This document shows, piece after piece, positions 27,950 through 36,543 of a stretch of 64,000 bases of DNA; positions within the stretch are counted from its first letter, which is position 1; the number at the start of each line of letters is the position of its first letter. Origin of the DNA: Usitatibacter sp. Lineage in GTDB: Bacteria; Pseudomonadota; Gammaproteobacteria; Burkholderiales; Usitatibacteraceae. Location: the NCBI GenBank assembly GCA_036271595.1, contig DATBAI010000013.1, positions 7,154 to 71,153 of the forward strand, read 5' to 3'. Made by a program: the position numbers and the translations under genes. The notes under the pieces are model-generated. The model worked only from the letters and a program-made list of their open reading frames with translations. It was not told where the DNA came from and did not search any database.

Positions 27950-28771
27950 CTAGTAGTGGCGGGGCGCTTCGCGCTTGATGCCGAGCCCCATGTCCATCGG
28001 AGCGTCTCGCAACAGCTCCATGGAGTGCCGCTTTTGTTGTTCCGGATCCGCACGGCCATGCGTCGGCAGGTTCTCGGCCGTGCCATCGGCCTTCGATACC
28101 CGCTTCTCGAAGGCCGCGGCGGGCTTGAAGAACATGTGTGCGAACTTGGACCACGTGACCCCGCCGAAGAGCACCGTGGTGGCGAGCAGGTAGAGCAGGA
28201 AAAGCCAGCCCGTGCCCCCGCCTCGCCACGCCCAGAGGAGGGCGAGGGTCACGCTCGCGAGGAGCGACAGGACGAAGAGGTCGGCACGCATCACGCGCCA
28301 GGGCGACTGGCCCTCGGCGGCCACGTCGGCGCGGATGAAGAACCAGAACCAGTAGCCGCCCAACGCGACTGCGAGCGCGCCGATCCACCAGAGCGTGGGC
28401 ACGATGGGTGCGGGCGTCGCGGGGTAGCCGAATACCATGATGGCCGTGGTGCCCACGTAGAGCAGGAAGCCGTACATCGTGAGCAGGTGCGCGAGACGGC
28501 GCCGCGGGTTGCAGAACTCGCCCGAGGCGAGGACATCGACCACGGCGGTCTGCACGGCGATCGACACGAGCTCGCCGCCCGCGACCGGCCGCGCGCCCTT
28601 CGCGGTGCGCGATTTCTTCATGTTGGCGAAGAAGTACCTCGCGCTTGCCTTGTGCGTCATGTCGACGAGGACCCCGATCACCACCGCGGCGACCATCAGG
28701 CAGAGGTACCACTCCATGAAGCCGGCAGGCAGGGACTGCATCGCCGGTGCGAACGGGTTGGTGCCGAACAT
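27950..28771 (-). CDS. aprM: APS reductase membrane anchor
   Basis: N-terminal NPF, EFCN..RR.AHLLTMYGF, WFWFFIR.DV, WSKF.HMFFKP; directly upstream of aprB. Confidence 0.9.
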   Translation of the reverse strand: MFGTNPFAPAMQSLPAGFMEWYLCLMVAAVVIGVLVDMTHKASARYFFANMKKSRTAKGARPVAGGELVSIAVQTAVVDVLASGEFCNPRRRLAHLLTMYGFLLYVGTTAIMVFGYPATPAPIVPTLWWIGALAVALGGYWFWFFIRADVAAEGQSPWRVMRADLFVLSLLASVTLALLWAWRGGGTGWLFLLYLLATTVLFGGVTWSKFAHMFFKPAAAFEKRVSKADGTAENLPTHGRADPEQQKRHSMELLRDAPMDMGLGIKREAPRHY

Positions 28772-28864
28772 GTTTTGCCTCCTCGGGTTGCGGTCGATTC
28801 TACGATCGGGTCCCGCGCGCGCCGCCGCAAACTTTGCTATGCGCCCATCAAAAGGCTCGTGGCC

Positions 28865-29371
28865 CTATAACACCTTGATGTCGAACGACATGGTGGCCAG
28901 GTCGGCGAGGATCCAGGTCGCCGGCGCAGCCAGCCCCGCCACCGTTCCCGGGTTCACGAGCCACGTGGTGCCACCCTTCACGTTGTCGACCTGGCGGGCC
29001 TCCGCGCGGTGCGAATGGCCGCAGCAGACGAGCTCCCAGTCGCCGGTGCAGGCCATCGCGTAGCCGTGGTGGTCGTAGTGGACGACGACCATGCGGCGCC
29101 CGCCCAGCTCGAGGGTCGCCTCCGCGCCATGGTATTGGAGCAGGCCGCCGCTCTTGCGGGACTGGAAGTGCATCGCCTGGGCATCGCCCAGGTTGTTGCC
29201 GTGGATCGCGTGCACGGGCAGCCCCGCGGCCAAGGCGGGCTTCATCGTCTGCGCGCCGATCAGGTCGCCGCAATGGATGACCGCCTCGGCGCCCAGCGCC
29301 TTTGCCGCCTCCACCGCCTGGGCCAGGGGATCGGCACGATCGTGGCTGTCGGAGACGATGCAGATCTTCAC
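28865..29371 (-). CDS. Metallophosphoesterase (YfcE-like)
   Basis: SDSH, HCGD, HGNN, GHSH and NPG motifs; GTG start. Confidence 0.85.
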   Translation of the reverse strand: MKICIVSDSHDRADPLAQAVEAAKALGAEAVIHCGDLIGAQTMKPALAAGLPVHAIHGNNLGDAQAMHFQSRKSGGLLQYHGAEATLELGGRRMVVVHYDHHGYAMACTGDWELVCCGHSHRAEARQVDNVKGGTTWLVNPGTVAGLAAPATWILADLATMSFDIKVL

Positions 29372-29478
29372 CGAGCCATTATCGAGCAAGCCGTCGCGGG
29401 CCTCAATCGAGCCGCTTTATCGGCTCATCAGGAATATCGGGCTTGTCACCCCGGCGGGGTGCGAGGTCCAATTGCGCC

Positions 29479-30651
29479 ATGCCACTTCCTCCCCCGCACG
29501 GCGGCAAGGGCCTCCGGCCGCTGCTTGTCCAGGGCGCCGAGCTCGCCGCCGAAGCCAGGCGCGCCGGCTCGCTCCCGCGTGTCACCGTGACTTCGCGCGA
29601 GAAGGGTGACCTGGTCATGCTCGGCCTGGGCGGCTTCTCTCCGCTCGATGGGTTCATGCGCCGGGCCGATTGGGAAGGCGTGTGCAACACCATGCACACC
29701 GCCGACGGCACCTTCTGGCCGATCCCGATCACGCTGTCCACCGACCCCGCGGCCGCCGATACCCTCTCGCCGGGCAAGTCGGAAATCGCGCTCGTGGATC
29801 CGGACGACGGTTCGGTCCTCGCCATCATGTCGGTCGCGGAAAAGTACGGCATCGACAAGCGCCACGAGTGCTTGTCCGTGTTCCGTACCGACGATCCCGC
29901 GCATCCTGGCGTGCAGATGGTGATGCGCCAGGGAGACGTGAACCTCGGCGGCCCCGTGAAGGTGCTCTCCGACGGCGGCTTCAAGGCCAAGTATGGGCAG
30001 CTCTTCAAGACCCCCGCCGAGACGCGCGCCGAGTTCGAACGCCTGGGCTGGTCGCAAGTGGCCGCATTCCAGACGCGAAATCCCATGCATCGCTCTCACG
30101 AGTATCTCGCGAAAGTCGCGGTGGAGACTTGCGACGGCGTGCTGGTGCACTCGCTGCTCGGCCACCTCAAGCCCGGCGACATCCCGGCCGAGGTGCGCAC
30201 GCGGGCGATCGGCGTACTGATCGAGAAATATTTCGTGCCCGGCACGGTCGTGCAGGCCGGCTATCCCCTCGACATGCGCTACGCGGGCCCGCGAGAGGCG
30301 CTGCTGCATGCCGTGTTCCGCCAGAACTACGGCTGCTCTTCCCTGATCGTCGGGCGCGACCATGCCGGCGTGGGCAAGTTCTACGGCCCCTTCGACTCCC
30401 ACCGGATCTTCGACGAGATCCCCGAGGGCTCGCTCGAGATCAAGCCGATGAAGCTGGACCTCACTTTCTGGTGCCATGCGTGCGGCGGCATGGCCTCGGG
30501 ACGCACTTGCCCTCACGGCGACGCGGACCGGCTGCAGGTTTCCGGCACGGAAGTTCGCAAGGCGCTTGCGGAGCGCAGCCCGATCGCCGCGGGATTCTCG
30601 CGGCCGGAGGTCCTCGAGATCCTGCGCGAGTACTACGACACCTTGGCGTAG
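29479..30651 (+). CDS. sat: Sulfate adenylyltransferase (ATP sulfurylase, homo-oligomeric type)
   Basis: [48 protein letters not shown]. Confidence 0.96.
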   Translation: MPLPPPHGGKGLRPLLVQGAELAAEARRAGSLPRVTVTSREKGDLVMLGLGGFSPLDGFMRRADWEGVCNTMHTADGTFWPIPITLSTDPAAADTLSPGKSEIALVDPDDGSVLAIMSVAEKYGIDKRHECLSVFRTDDPAHPGVQMVMRQGDVNLGGPVKVLSDGGFKAKYGQLFKTPAETRAEFERLGWSQVAAFQTRNPMHRSHEYLAKVAVETCDGVLVHSLLGHLKPGDIPAEVRTRAIGVLIEKYFVPGTVVQAGYPLDMRYAGPREALLHAVFRQNYGCSSLIVGRDHAGVGKFYGPFDSHRIFDEIPEGSLEIKPMKLDLTFWCHACGGMASGRTCPHGDADRLQVSGTEVRKALAERSPIAAGFSRPEVLEILREYYDTLA

Positions 30652-30678
30652 TCCTGAGGTTTTCTGAAACCTTCGAGC

Positions 30679-30820
30679 CTGCGTTTGTGCTCGGGAGTTG
30701 CGCCAAAGGGCGAGGGCGCGGGAAATCTCGAGCCGGCGCACTCTTCGAAGCGGAGTGACACAACCGATTTGACCTTCGGAGTCTCGGACGCGCGCGCCTC
30801 TCGAGATTTCCCGCAAGCCC
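30679..30820. repeat. REP/REPIN-like element A with inverted cores GCGGGAAATCTCGA (30718-30731 and 30801-30814)
   Basis: Direct reading; 30714-30820 aligns with the reverse complement of 30991-31100; 30679-30739 matches 46223-46282. Confidence 0.8.
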
Positions 30821-30990
30821 TCCCCTTTGGCTTTCCGGTACGTATCGAATGCAGCACCCACTTTGAGTTGGGAAGGTCGTCGCCTTCAGCCCGCAACAGG
30901 CTTACCTTCGGTGCGGCGGCAGAACCGTAGCGGCCCTCCCATCCAATAGTCGGGATCGATCGCTTCCGTGAACGCAGAGCCGACGTTCGG

Positions 30991-31100
30991 GGGCTTGCGG
31001 GAAATCTCGAGAGGCGCGGGCGTTCGCGACGACGACGACCCAATGGATTGTGTCACCGCCCTTCGAAGAATCGCGCCGGTTCGAGATTTCCCGCGCCCCC
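30991..31100. repeat. REP/REPIN-like element B, inverted relative to A (cores 30997-31010 and 31081-31094)
   Basis: Direct reading of the same 14-bp core and shared internal CTTCGAAG..GTGACACAA segment. Confidence 0.8.
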
Positions 31101-31159
31101 GACGTCGGCGCCCGGGCCGGGTACGCGGAAGGGACGCCCGTCCCCTATAATCTGCGCCC

Positions 31160-32458
31160 ATGGCCACCATGCAGTCCATCGGCAAGTACCAGCTCATGCG
31201 AGAGCTGGGGCGGGGCGCCACCGGCAAGGTGTACCTGGCCGAAGACCCGTTCGCCAAGCGCAAGGTCGCGATCAAGGTGGCCTTCCCCGAAGCCCTCAAG
31301 CATTCCGAGGACGGCGCGCTCTACAAGAGCATGTTCCTGAACGAGGCCGCGCTCGCCGGCAAGCTGAACCACCCGCACATCGTCCAGATCTACGACGCGG
31401 TGGTCGAGGACAAGTACAGCTACATCGTGATGGAGTTCGTCGAGGGCGGCACCCTCGAGAAATTCTGCAAGCCCGAGGCGCTCCTCGAGACTCGCGACGT
31501 CGCGGAGATCAGCTTCAAGTGCGTGAGGGCGCTCGCCTTCGCGCAATCCCTGGGCCTCACGCACCGCGATATCAAGCCGGGCAACATCCTCCACAGCGAC
31601 GGCACCGAGATCAAGCTCGCGGACTTCGGCGCGTCGATCAACAAGGTCTCGGACCGCACGGTCATCACCAACGTGGGCTCGCCCGCCTACATGTCGCCGG
31701 AGCTGGTGCAGGGCGGCGTCCAAGCCTCGCACCTCACCGACATCTACGCGATGGGCGTGGTGATGTACTACCTCCTCGCGGGGAAGCTCCCATTCTCGGG
31801 CGCCAACACGATGAGCGTGATCTACCAGATCGTGAATACCGATCCCGATCCGCCGTCGTCCTCCACGCACCGCCAGGGCATCTCGCCGGAGCTGGACGCC
31901 GTGGTGATGAAGGCGATGGCCAAGGACCCGGCCAAGCGCTTCGCCAGCTGGGACGAGTTCGGCGCGGCGCTGGCCGAGATCTGGAAGAAGGAGCATCGGG
32001 CCGAGGAGAAGCGCGAGCAGTCCGACACCGAGCGATTCAGCGTGATGAAGAACCTGCCGTTCTTCAAGGATTTCCCGGAGAACGAGCTCTGGGAGGTCCT
32101 GAAGATCAGCAAGTGGGCCCGGTTCAAGCCCGACACCTCCCTCATCAAGGAGGGCGACCACGGCGACTCGTTCTTCGTCCTCGCCGGCGGCTACGTACGG
32201 GTGACTCGCGGCAAGAAGACGCTCTCGGTCCTCACCGCGGGGGATTGTTTCGGCGAGATGTCATACCTCACCGCGAAGGGCGACCCGCATCGCTCGGCTA
32301 CCGTCTCCACGACCTCGGACACGATCGTGATGAAGATCCGCGCGGAAGACCTCCGCAATGCTTCGCTTTCGTGCCGGCGCCTCTTCGACGAGCGCTTCCT
32401 CAATACGCTGGTCGAGCGGCTGGAAAAGGCGAACGAGCAGATATCGGTGATGAGCTAG
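31160..32458 (+). CDS. Hanks-type Ser/Thr kinase with C-terminal cNMP-binding domain
   Basis: LGRGATGKVY, VAIK, HRDIKPGN, DFG, YMSPE; GDCFGEMS..RSATV. Confidence 0.92.
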   Translation: MATMQSIGKYQLMRELGRGATGKVYLAEDPFAKRKVAIKVAFPEALKHSEDGALYKSMFLNEAALAGKLNHPHIVQIYDAVVEDKYSYIVMEFVEGGTLEKFCKPEALLETRDVAEISFKCVRALAFAQSLGLTHRDIKPGNILHSDGTEIKLADFGASINKVSDRTVITNVGSPAYMSPELVQGGVQASHLTDIYAMGVVMYYLLAGKLPFSGANTMSVIYQIVNTDPDPPSSSTHRQGISPELDAVVMKAMAKDPAKRFASWDEFGAALAEIWKKEHRAEEKREQSDTERFSVMKNLPFFKDFPENELWEVLKISKWARFKPDTSLIKEGDHGDSFFVLAGGYVRVTRGKKTLSVLTAGDCFGEMSYLTAKGDPHRSATVSTTSDTIVMKIRAEDLRNASLSCRRLFDERFLNTLVERLEKANEQISVMS

Positions 32459-32560
32459 CTTTCGGTTGCCCGGGGAATGGCGTGACCAGGGTGGCCACGA
32501 GGCCGGCGATTCGGATCGTTCTCGTCATGGGCGGTGTCACCGCCGTGGGATAATTGCCGC

Positions 32561-34009
32561 ATGACCGAAGTCACCGCCCGGCTCGCGCGCTCGCTGCCCC
32601 CGCCTTCGCTGCTGGTGGAGCCCGAGGCGCTCAAGCCCTACGAGTGCGACGGCCTTTCGGCCTATCGCGCCACGCCGCTCGCGGTGGCCATTCCCGACAA
32701 CGAAGCGCAGGTGGCGGAAATCCTGCGAGTGGCGCTCGAGACGAATACGCCCGTCGTGGCTCGCGGATCGGGGACGGGGCTGTCGGGGGGTGCGCTGCCG
32801 CTCGCGGATGGCATCGTCTTGTCGCTCGCCAAGTTCAAGCAAGTGGTCGCGGTGGATCCCCTTGCGCGCCGCGCACGCGTGCAACCCGGCGTCACGAACC
32901 TTCGCATCTCCCAGCACGTGGCTCCCCTCGGCCTCTACTACGCACCGGATCCGTCGAGCCAGATCGCCTGCTCCATCGGCGGCAACGTGGCCGAGAATTC
33001 CGGCGGCGTGCACTGCCTCAAGTATGGCCTCACGGTGCACAACGTCGCCAGCGTTCGCGCGATCACGATCGAGGGCGACCTCGTGGAGCTGGGAAGCGCG
33101 GCGCTGGACGCGCCCGGCTACGACCTGCTCGCGCTCGCGACCGGCTCCGAAGGGCTCCTCGCCATCACGCTCGAGGTCACGGTGAAGCTCCTGCCCAAGC
33201 CGGAGCTCGCACAGGTGGCCATGGCCTCGTTCCCCGACGTGGAAAGCGCGGGCGAGGCGGTGGCGTGCGTGATCGGCGCCGGGATCGTTCCCGCCGGGCT
33301 CGAGATGATGGATCGCCTCGCGACCGACGCCGTGGAGGGGTTCGTGCACGCGGGGTACGATCTCGAGGCGGCCGCGATCCTGCTCGTGGAATCCGACGGC
33401 ACGCGCGAGGAGGTCGCCCACGAGATGGAGCGGCTGATCCGGATCCTCCGCGACAACGGCGCCACGCGCATCCAGTGCTCGCGCGACGAAGCCGAGCGCC
33501 TGCGTTTCTGGTCGGGGCGCAAGGCCGCCTTTCCCGCCGTGGGGCGCATCTCGCCCGACTACTACTGCATCGACGGCTCCATCCCGCGCGCGGCGTTGGC
33601 GAAAGTCCTGAAGCGCATAGAAGAGCTCTCGGCGCGCTACGGCCTGCGCTGCGCCAATGTCTTCCACGCGGGCGATGGCAACCTGCATCCCTTGATCCTC
33701 TACGACGCCAACATCCCCGGCGAGCTGGAGACCACCGAGCGCTTCGCCCGCGACATCCTCGAGATGTGCGTGGAAGTGGGCGGCACGATCACCGGCGAAC
33801 ACGGCGTGGGCATCGAGAAGATCAACCAGATGTGCACGCAGTTCCGGCCCGCCGAGCTCGCGCAGTTCCACGCCGTGAAGGCGGCGTTCGATCCGCCGGG
33901 GCTCCTCAACCCGGGCAAGGCCGTCCCTACGCTGCACCGCTGCGCGGAGTACGGCGCGATGCGCGTGACGTCGGGGGCGATGCCGCACCCGGACCTGCCG
34001 CGCTTCTGA
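32561..34009 (+). CDS. glcD: Glycolate oxidase FAD subunit, copy 1
   Basis: RGSGTGLSGG, YAPDPSSQIACSIGGNVAENSGGVHCLKYG, HAGDGNLH, GEHGVG, LNPGK. Confidence 0.88.
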   Translation: MTEVTARLARSLPPPSLLVEPEALKPYECDGLSAYRATPLAVAIPDNEAQVAEILRVALETNTPVVARGSGTGLSGGALPLADGIVLSLAKFKQVVAVDPLARRARVQPGVTNLRISQHVAPLGLYYAPDPSSQIACSIGGNVAENSGGVHCLKYGLTVHNVASVRAITIEGDLVELGSAALDAPGYDLLALATGSEGLLAITLEVTVKLLPKPELAQVAMASFPDVESAGEAVACVIGAGIVPAGLEMMDRLATDAVEGFVHAGYDLEAAAILLVESDGTREEVAHEMERLIRILRDNGATRIQCSRDEAERLRFWSGRKAAFPAVGRISPDYYCIDGSIPRAALAKVLKRIEELSARYGLRCANVFHAGDGNLHPLILYDANIPGELETTERFARDILEMCVEVGGTITGEHGVGIEKINQMCTQFRPAELAQFHAVKAAFDPPGLLNPGKAVPTLHRCAEYGAMRVTSGAMPHPDLPRF

Positions 34010-35484
34010 TGAACGCGCTTGCCCAGCCGAGCCTTCGCAGCCAGGTGCTCGCCCGGCTTGCCGCGATCCGCCCGGCGCTCACGTTGATCGCGGACGACGA
34101 GGGGCTGAAGCCCTTCGAGACCGACGCGCTCATCGCGCACCGCGAGACGCCGATGCTGGCCGCGCTTCCCGAGAGCGAAGCCCAGGTACGCGAGATCGTG
34201 GCCGCATGCGCCGCGCTCGCCGTGCCGGTCGTCTCGCGCGGCGCCGGCACCGGCATCTCGGGCGGCGCCATTCCGAACCGCGATGGCGTGCTGCTGGTGC
34301 TCTCCAAGATGCGCCGCGTGCTCGACGTGGATCCTCTCGCGCGCACCGCCACCGTCGAGCCCGGCGTTCGCAACCTCTTCGTCTCCGAGGTCGCGGCGCC
34401 CCACGGGCTCTTCTACGCCCCCGATCCTTCGAGCCAGGTGATCTGCTCCATCGGCGGCAACGTGGCGGAGAATTCCGGCGGCGTGCATTGCCTCAAGTAC
34501 GGCCTCACCACGCACAACCTCTGCGCCGTGCGCGCCGTGGATGCGGACGGGGACGTGCTGGAGGTCGGTAGCCGGGCGCTCGATTGCGCGGGCTACGACC
34601 TGCTTGCGATCCTCACCGGCAGCGAGGGAAACCTGGGCGTGATCACGCAGGCGACGCTCAAGCTGGTCGCACTCCCACAGCGCACCGAGACGCTGCTCGC
34701 GGTCTTCTCGACGGTGCGCCAGGCGGCCCAGGCCGTGGGCGAGATCATCGGCGAGGGCATCGTGCCCGCCGCCCTCGAGATGATGGACCGCATCGTGATC
34801 GAGGCTTGCGAGAAGTGCTACGCGCTGGGCTTTCCCGCGGGTGCCGAGGCGCTCCTGCTGGCCGAGGTGGACGGCACGCACGAGGAGGCGGCCGCGGACC
34901 TCGCGGCGGTGCGTGCCGTGATCGAGCGCTGCGGGGCGGCGCAGGTGCGCGTCGCCGCCGACGCCGCCGAGCGCGAGCGCCTCTGGAAATCGCGCAAGGG
35001 AGCCTTCACCGCGCTCGCCACGATCCTTCCCGACTACTACGCCATCGACGGATCGATCCCGAGGCGATGCCTGCCCGATATCCTCGACTACGTGTACGGG
35101 CTCGCCGCGGAATACCGCCTCGTCGTCGGCAACGTCTTCCACGCGGGCGACGGAAACATCCACCCGTGCATCTTCTACGACGCGAATCGCCCGGGCGACC
35201 TCGAGCACGCCGAAGAATTGGGCGGGCGGATCCTCGAGCGCTGCGTGGAGATGGGCGGCACCATCACCGGCGAGCACGGCGTGGGCATCGAGAAGCTGCG
35301 CCAGATGTGCGTGCAGTTCCGCGCGCCCGAGATCGCGGCCTTCCATGCGGTGAAGCATGCCTTCGATCCCGCCGGCATCCTCAATCCGGGCAAGGCCGTG
35401 CCCACGCTCAAGCGCTGCGCCGAGTGGGGCGGCATGCACGTGCACGGCGGGCGTGTGCCGCGCGCCGACATTCCGAGGTTCTGA
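34009..35484 (+). CDS. glcD: Glycolate oxidase FAD subunit, copy 2
   Basis: Same motif set as copy 1; ATG overlaps the preceding stop. Confidence 0.85.
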   Translation: MNALAQPSLRSQVLARLAAIRPALTLIADDEGLKPFETDALIAHRETPMLAALPESEAQVREIVAACAALAVPVVSRGAGTGISGGAIPNRDGVLLVLSKMRRVLDVDPLARTATVEPGVRNLFVSEVAAPHGLFYAPDPSSQVICSIGGNVAENSGGVHCLKYGLTTHNLCAVRAVDADGDVLEVGSRALDCAGYDLLAILTGSEGNLGVITQATLKLVALPQRTETLLAVFSTVRQAAQAVGEIIGEGIVPAALEMMDRIVIEACEKCYALGFPAGAEALLLAEVDGTHEEAAADLAAVRAVIERCGAAQVRVAADAAERERLWKSRKGAFTALATILPDYYAIDGSIPRRCLPDILDYVYGLAAEYRLVVGNVFHAGDGNIHPCIFYDANRPGDLEHAEELGGRILERCVEMGGTITGEHGVGIEKLRQMCVQFRAPEIAAFHAVKHAFDPAGILNPGKAVPTLKRCAEWGGMHVHGGRVPRADIPRF

Positions 35485-35485
35485 G

Positions 35486-36541
35486 GTGGACGATACTTTC
35501 ATCGCGGAAATCTGCGAGCGCGTCCGGGACCATGCGGCGCGCAAGGCGCCGCTTCGCATCCGCGCGGGCGGCACCAAGGATTTCTACGGCGAGGCGTCCG
35601 AAGGCGCCGTGCTCGACCTCTCGTCGTACTCCGGCATCGTCGCCTACGAGCCGCGCGAGCTCGTGGTGACGGTGCGCGCCGGCACGCGCCTGAGCGAGCT
35701 GGAAGCCGCGCTCGCGGCCGAACGCCAGATGCTCGCCTTCGAGCCGCCGCACTTCGGCCCCGCCGCCACGATCGGCGGCACGGTCGCCACCGGGCTCTCG
35801 GGGCCCCGGCGTCCTTACGCGGGAGCGGTGCGCGATTTCGTGCTGGGGACGCGAATCGTGAACGGCAAGGGCGAGGACCTCGCCTTCGGCGGGCGCGTGA
35901 TCAAGAACGTCGCCGGCTACGACGTCTCCCGCCTCATGGCGGGCGCGCTGGGCACGCTGGGCGCCATCACGGAAATTTCCTTCAAGGTGCTGCCTCGCCC
36001 GGCCGCGGAGATGACGCTCGCCTACGAGATGGAAGAGGCGCCCGCGACCGAGCAGGTGAACCGCTGGGCGGGCCAGCCGTTGCCGCTTTCGGCCACGGCG
36101 TGGCAAGGCGGGCGGCTGCGCGTGCGCATTTCCGGCGCCCCTGCGTCGCTAGCCGCCGCGAAAGCGAAGATGGGTGGCGAGGAAGTCGACGCGGAGGACT
36201 ACTGGCGCGATCTTCGCGAGCAACGGCTCGATGTCTTCCAGGGCTCGCCCACGCTGTGGCGCGTGTGCGTTCCGCAGACCGCGGCCCCGATCGGCGTGAC
36301 GAGCGCCCAGGTGATCGAATGGGGCGGCGGGCTGCGCTGGGTCGCGGGCGACGTGGACGCGCTGCACGTCCGCTCGGCTGCGGAGCGCGCGGGCGGGCAC
36401 GCCACGGTCTTCCGCGGCGGCCGCGGCGTCCTTCCCGTGTTCCACCCGCTCAAGCCCGCGATCGCCAAGATCCACCGGCGGCTGAAGGCGGCATTCGATC
36501 CCGCCGGCATCCTCAACCCCGGCCGCATGTACGACTTCTGA
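35486..36541 (+). CDS. glcE: Glycolate oxidase FAD-binding subunit
   Basis: GGTKDFYG, YEPRELV, FEPPHF, GGRVIKNVAGYDVSRLM, FDP.GILNPGR. Confidence 0.92.
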   Translation: MDDTFIAEICERVRDHAARKAPLRIRAGGTKDFYGEASEGAVLDLSSYSGIVAYEPRELVVTVRAGTRLSELEAALAAERQMLAFEPPHFGPAATIGGTVATGLSGPRRPYAGAVRDFVLGTRIVNGKGEDLAFGGRVIKNVAGYDVSRLMAGALGTLGAITEISFKVLPRPAAEMTLAYEMEEAPATEQVNRWAGQPLPLSATAWQGGRLRVRISGAPASLAAAKAKMGGEEVDAEDYWRDLREQRLDVFQGSPTLWRVCVPQTAAPIGVTSAQVIEWGGGLRWVAGDVDALHVRSAAERAGGHATVFRGGRGVLPVFHPLKPAIAKIHRRLKAAFDPAGILNPGRMYDF

Positions 36542-36543
36542 CG

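Noticed and set aside
30679-31100. Possible CRISPR array or group II intron fragment
   Set aside because: The repeats are inverted rather than direct with regular spacers, no cas genes are present, and the ACGGTTCTG resemblance to intron domain V lacks the rest of the structure.
33880-36530. Recurring TTCGATCC..CCGG..TCCTCAA.CC.GGC at the 3' ends of three consecutive genes
   Set aside because: It simply encodes the conserved FDPxGxLNPG motif of the GlcD/GlcE paralogs.
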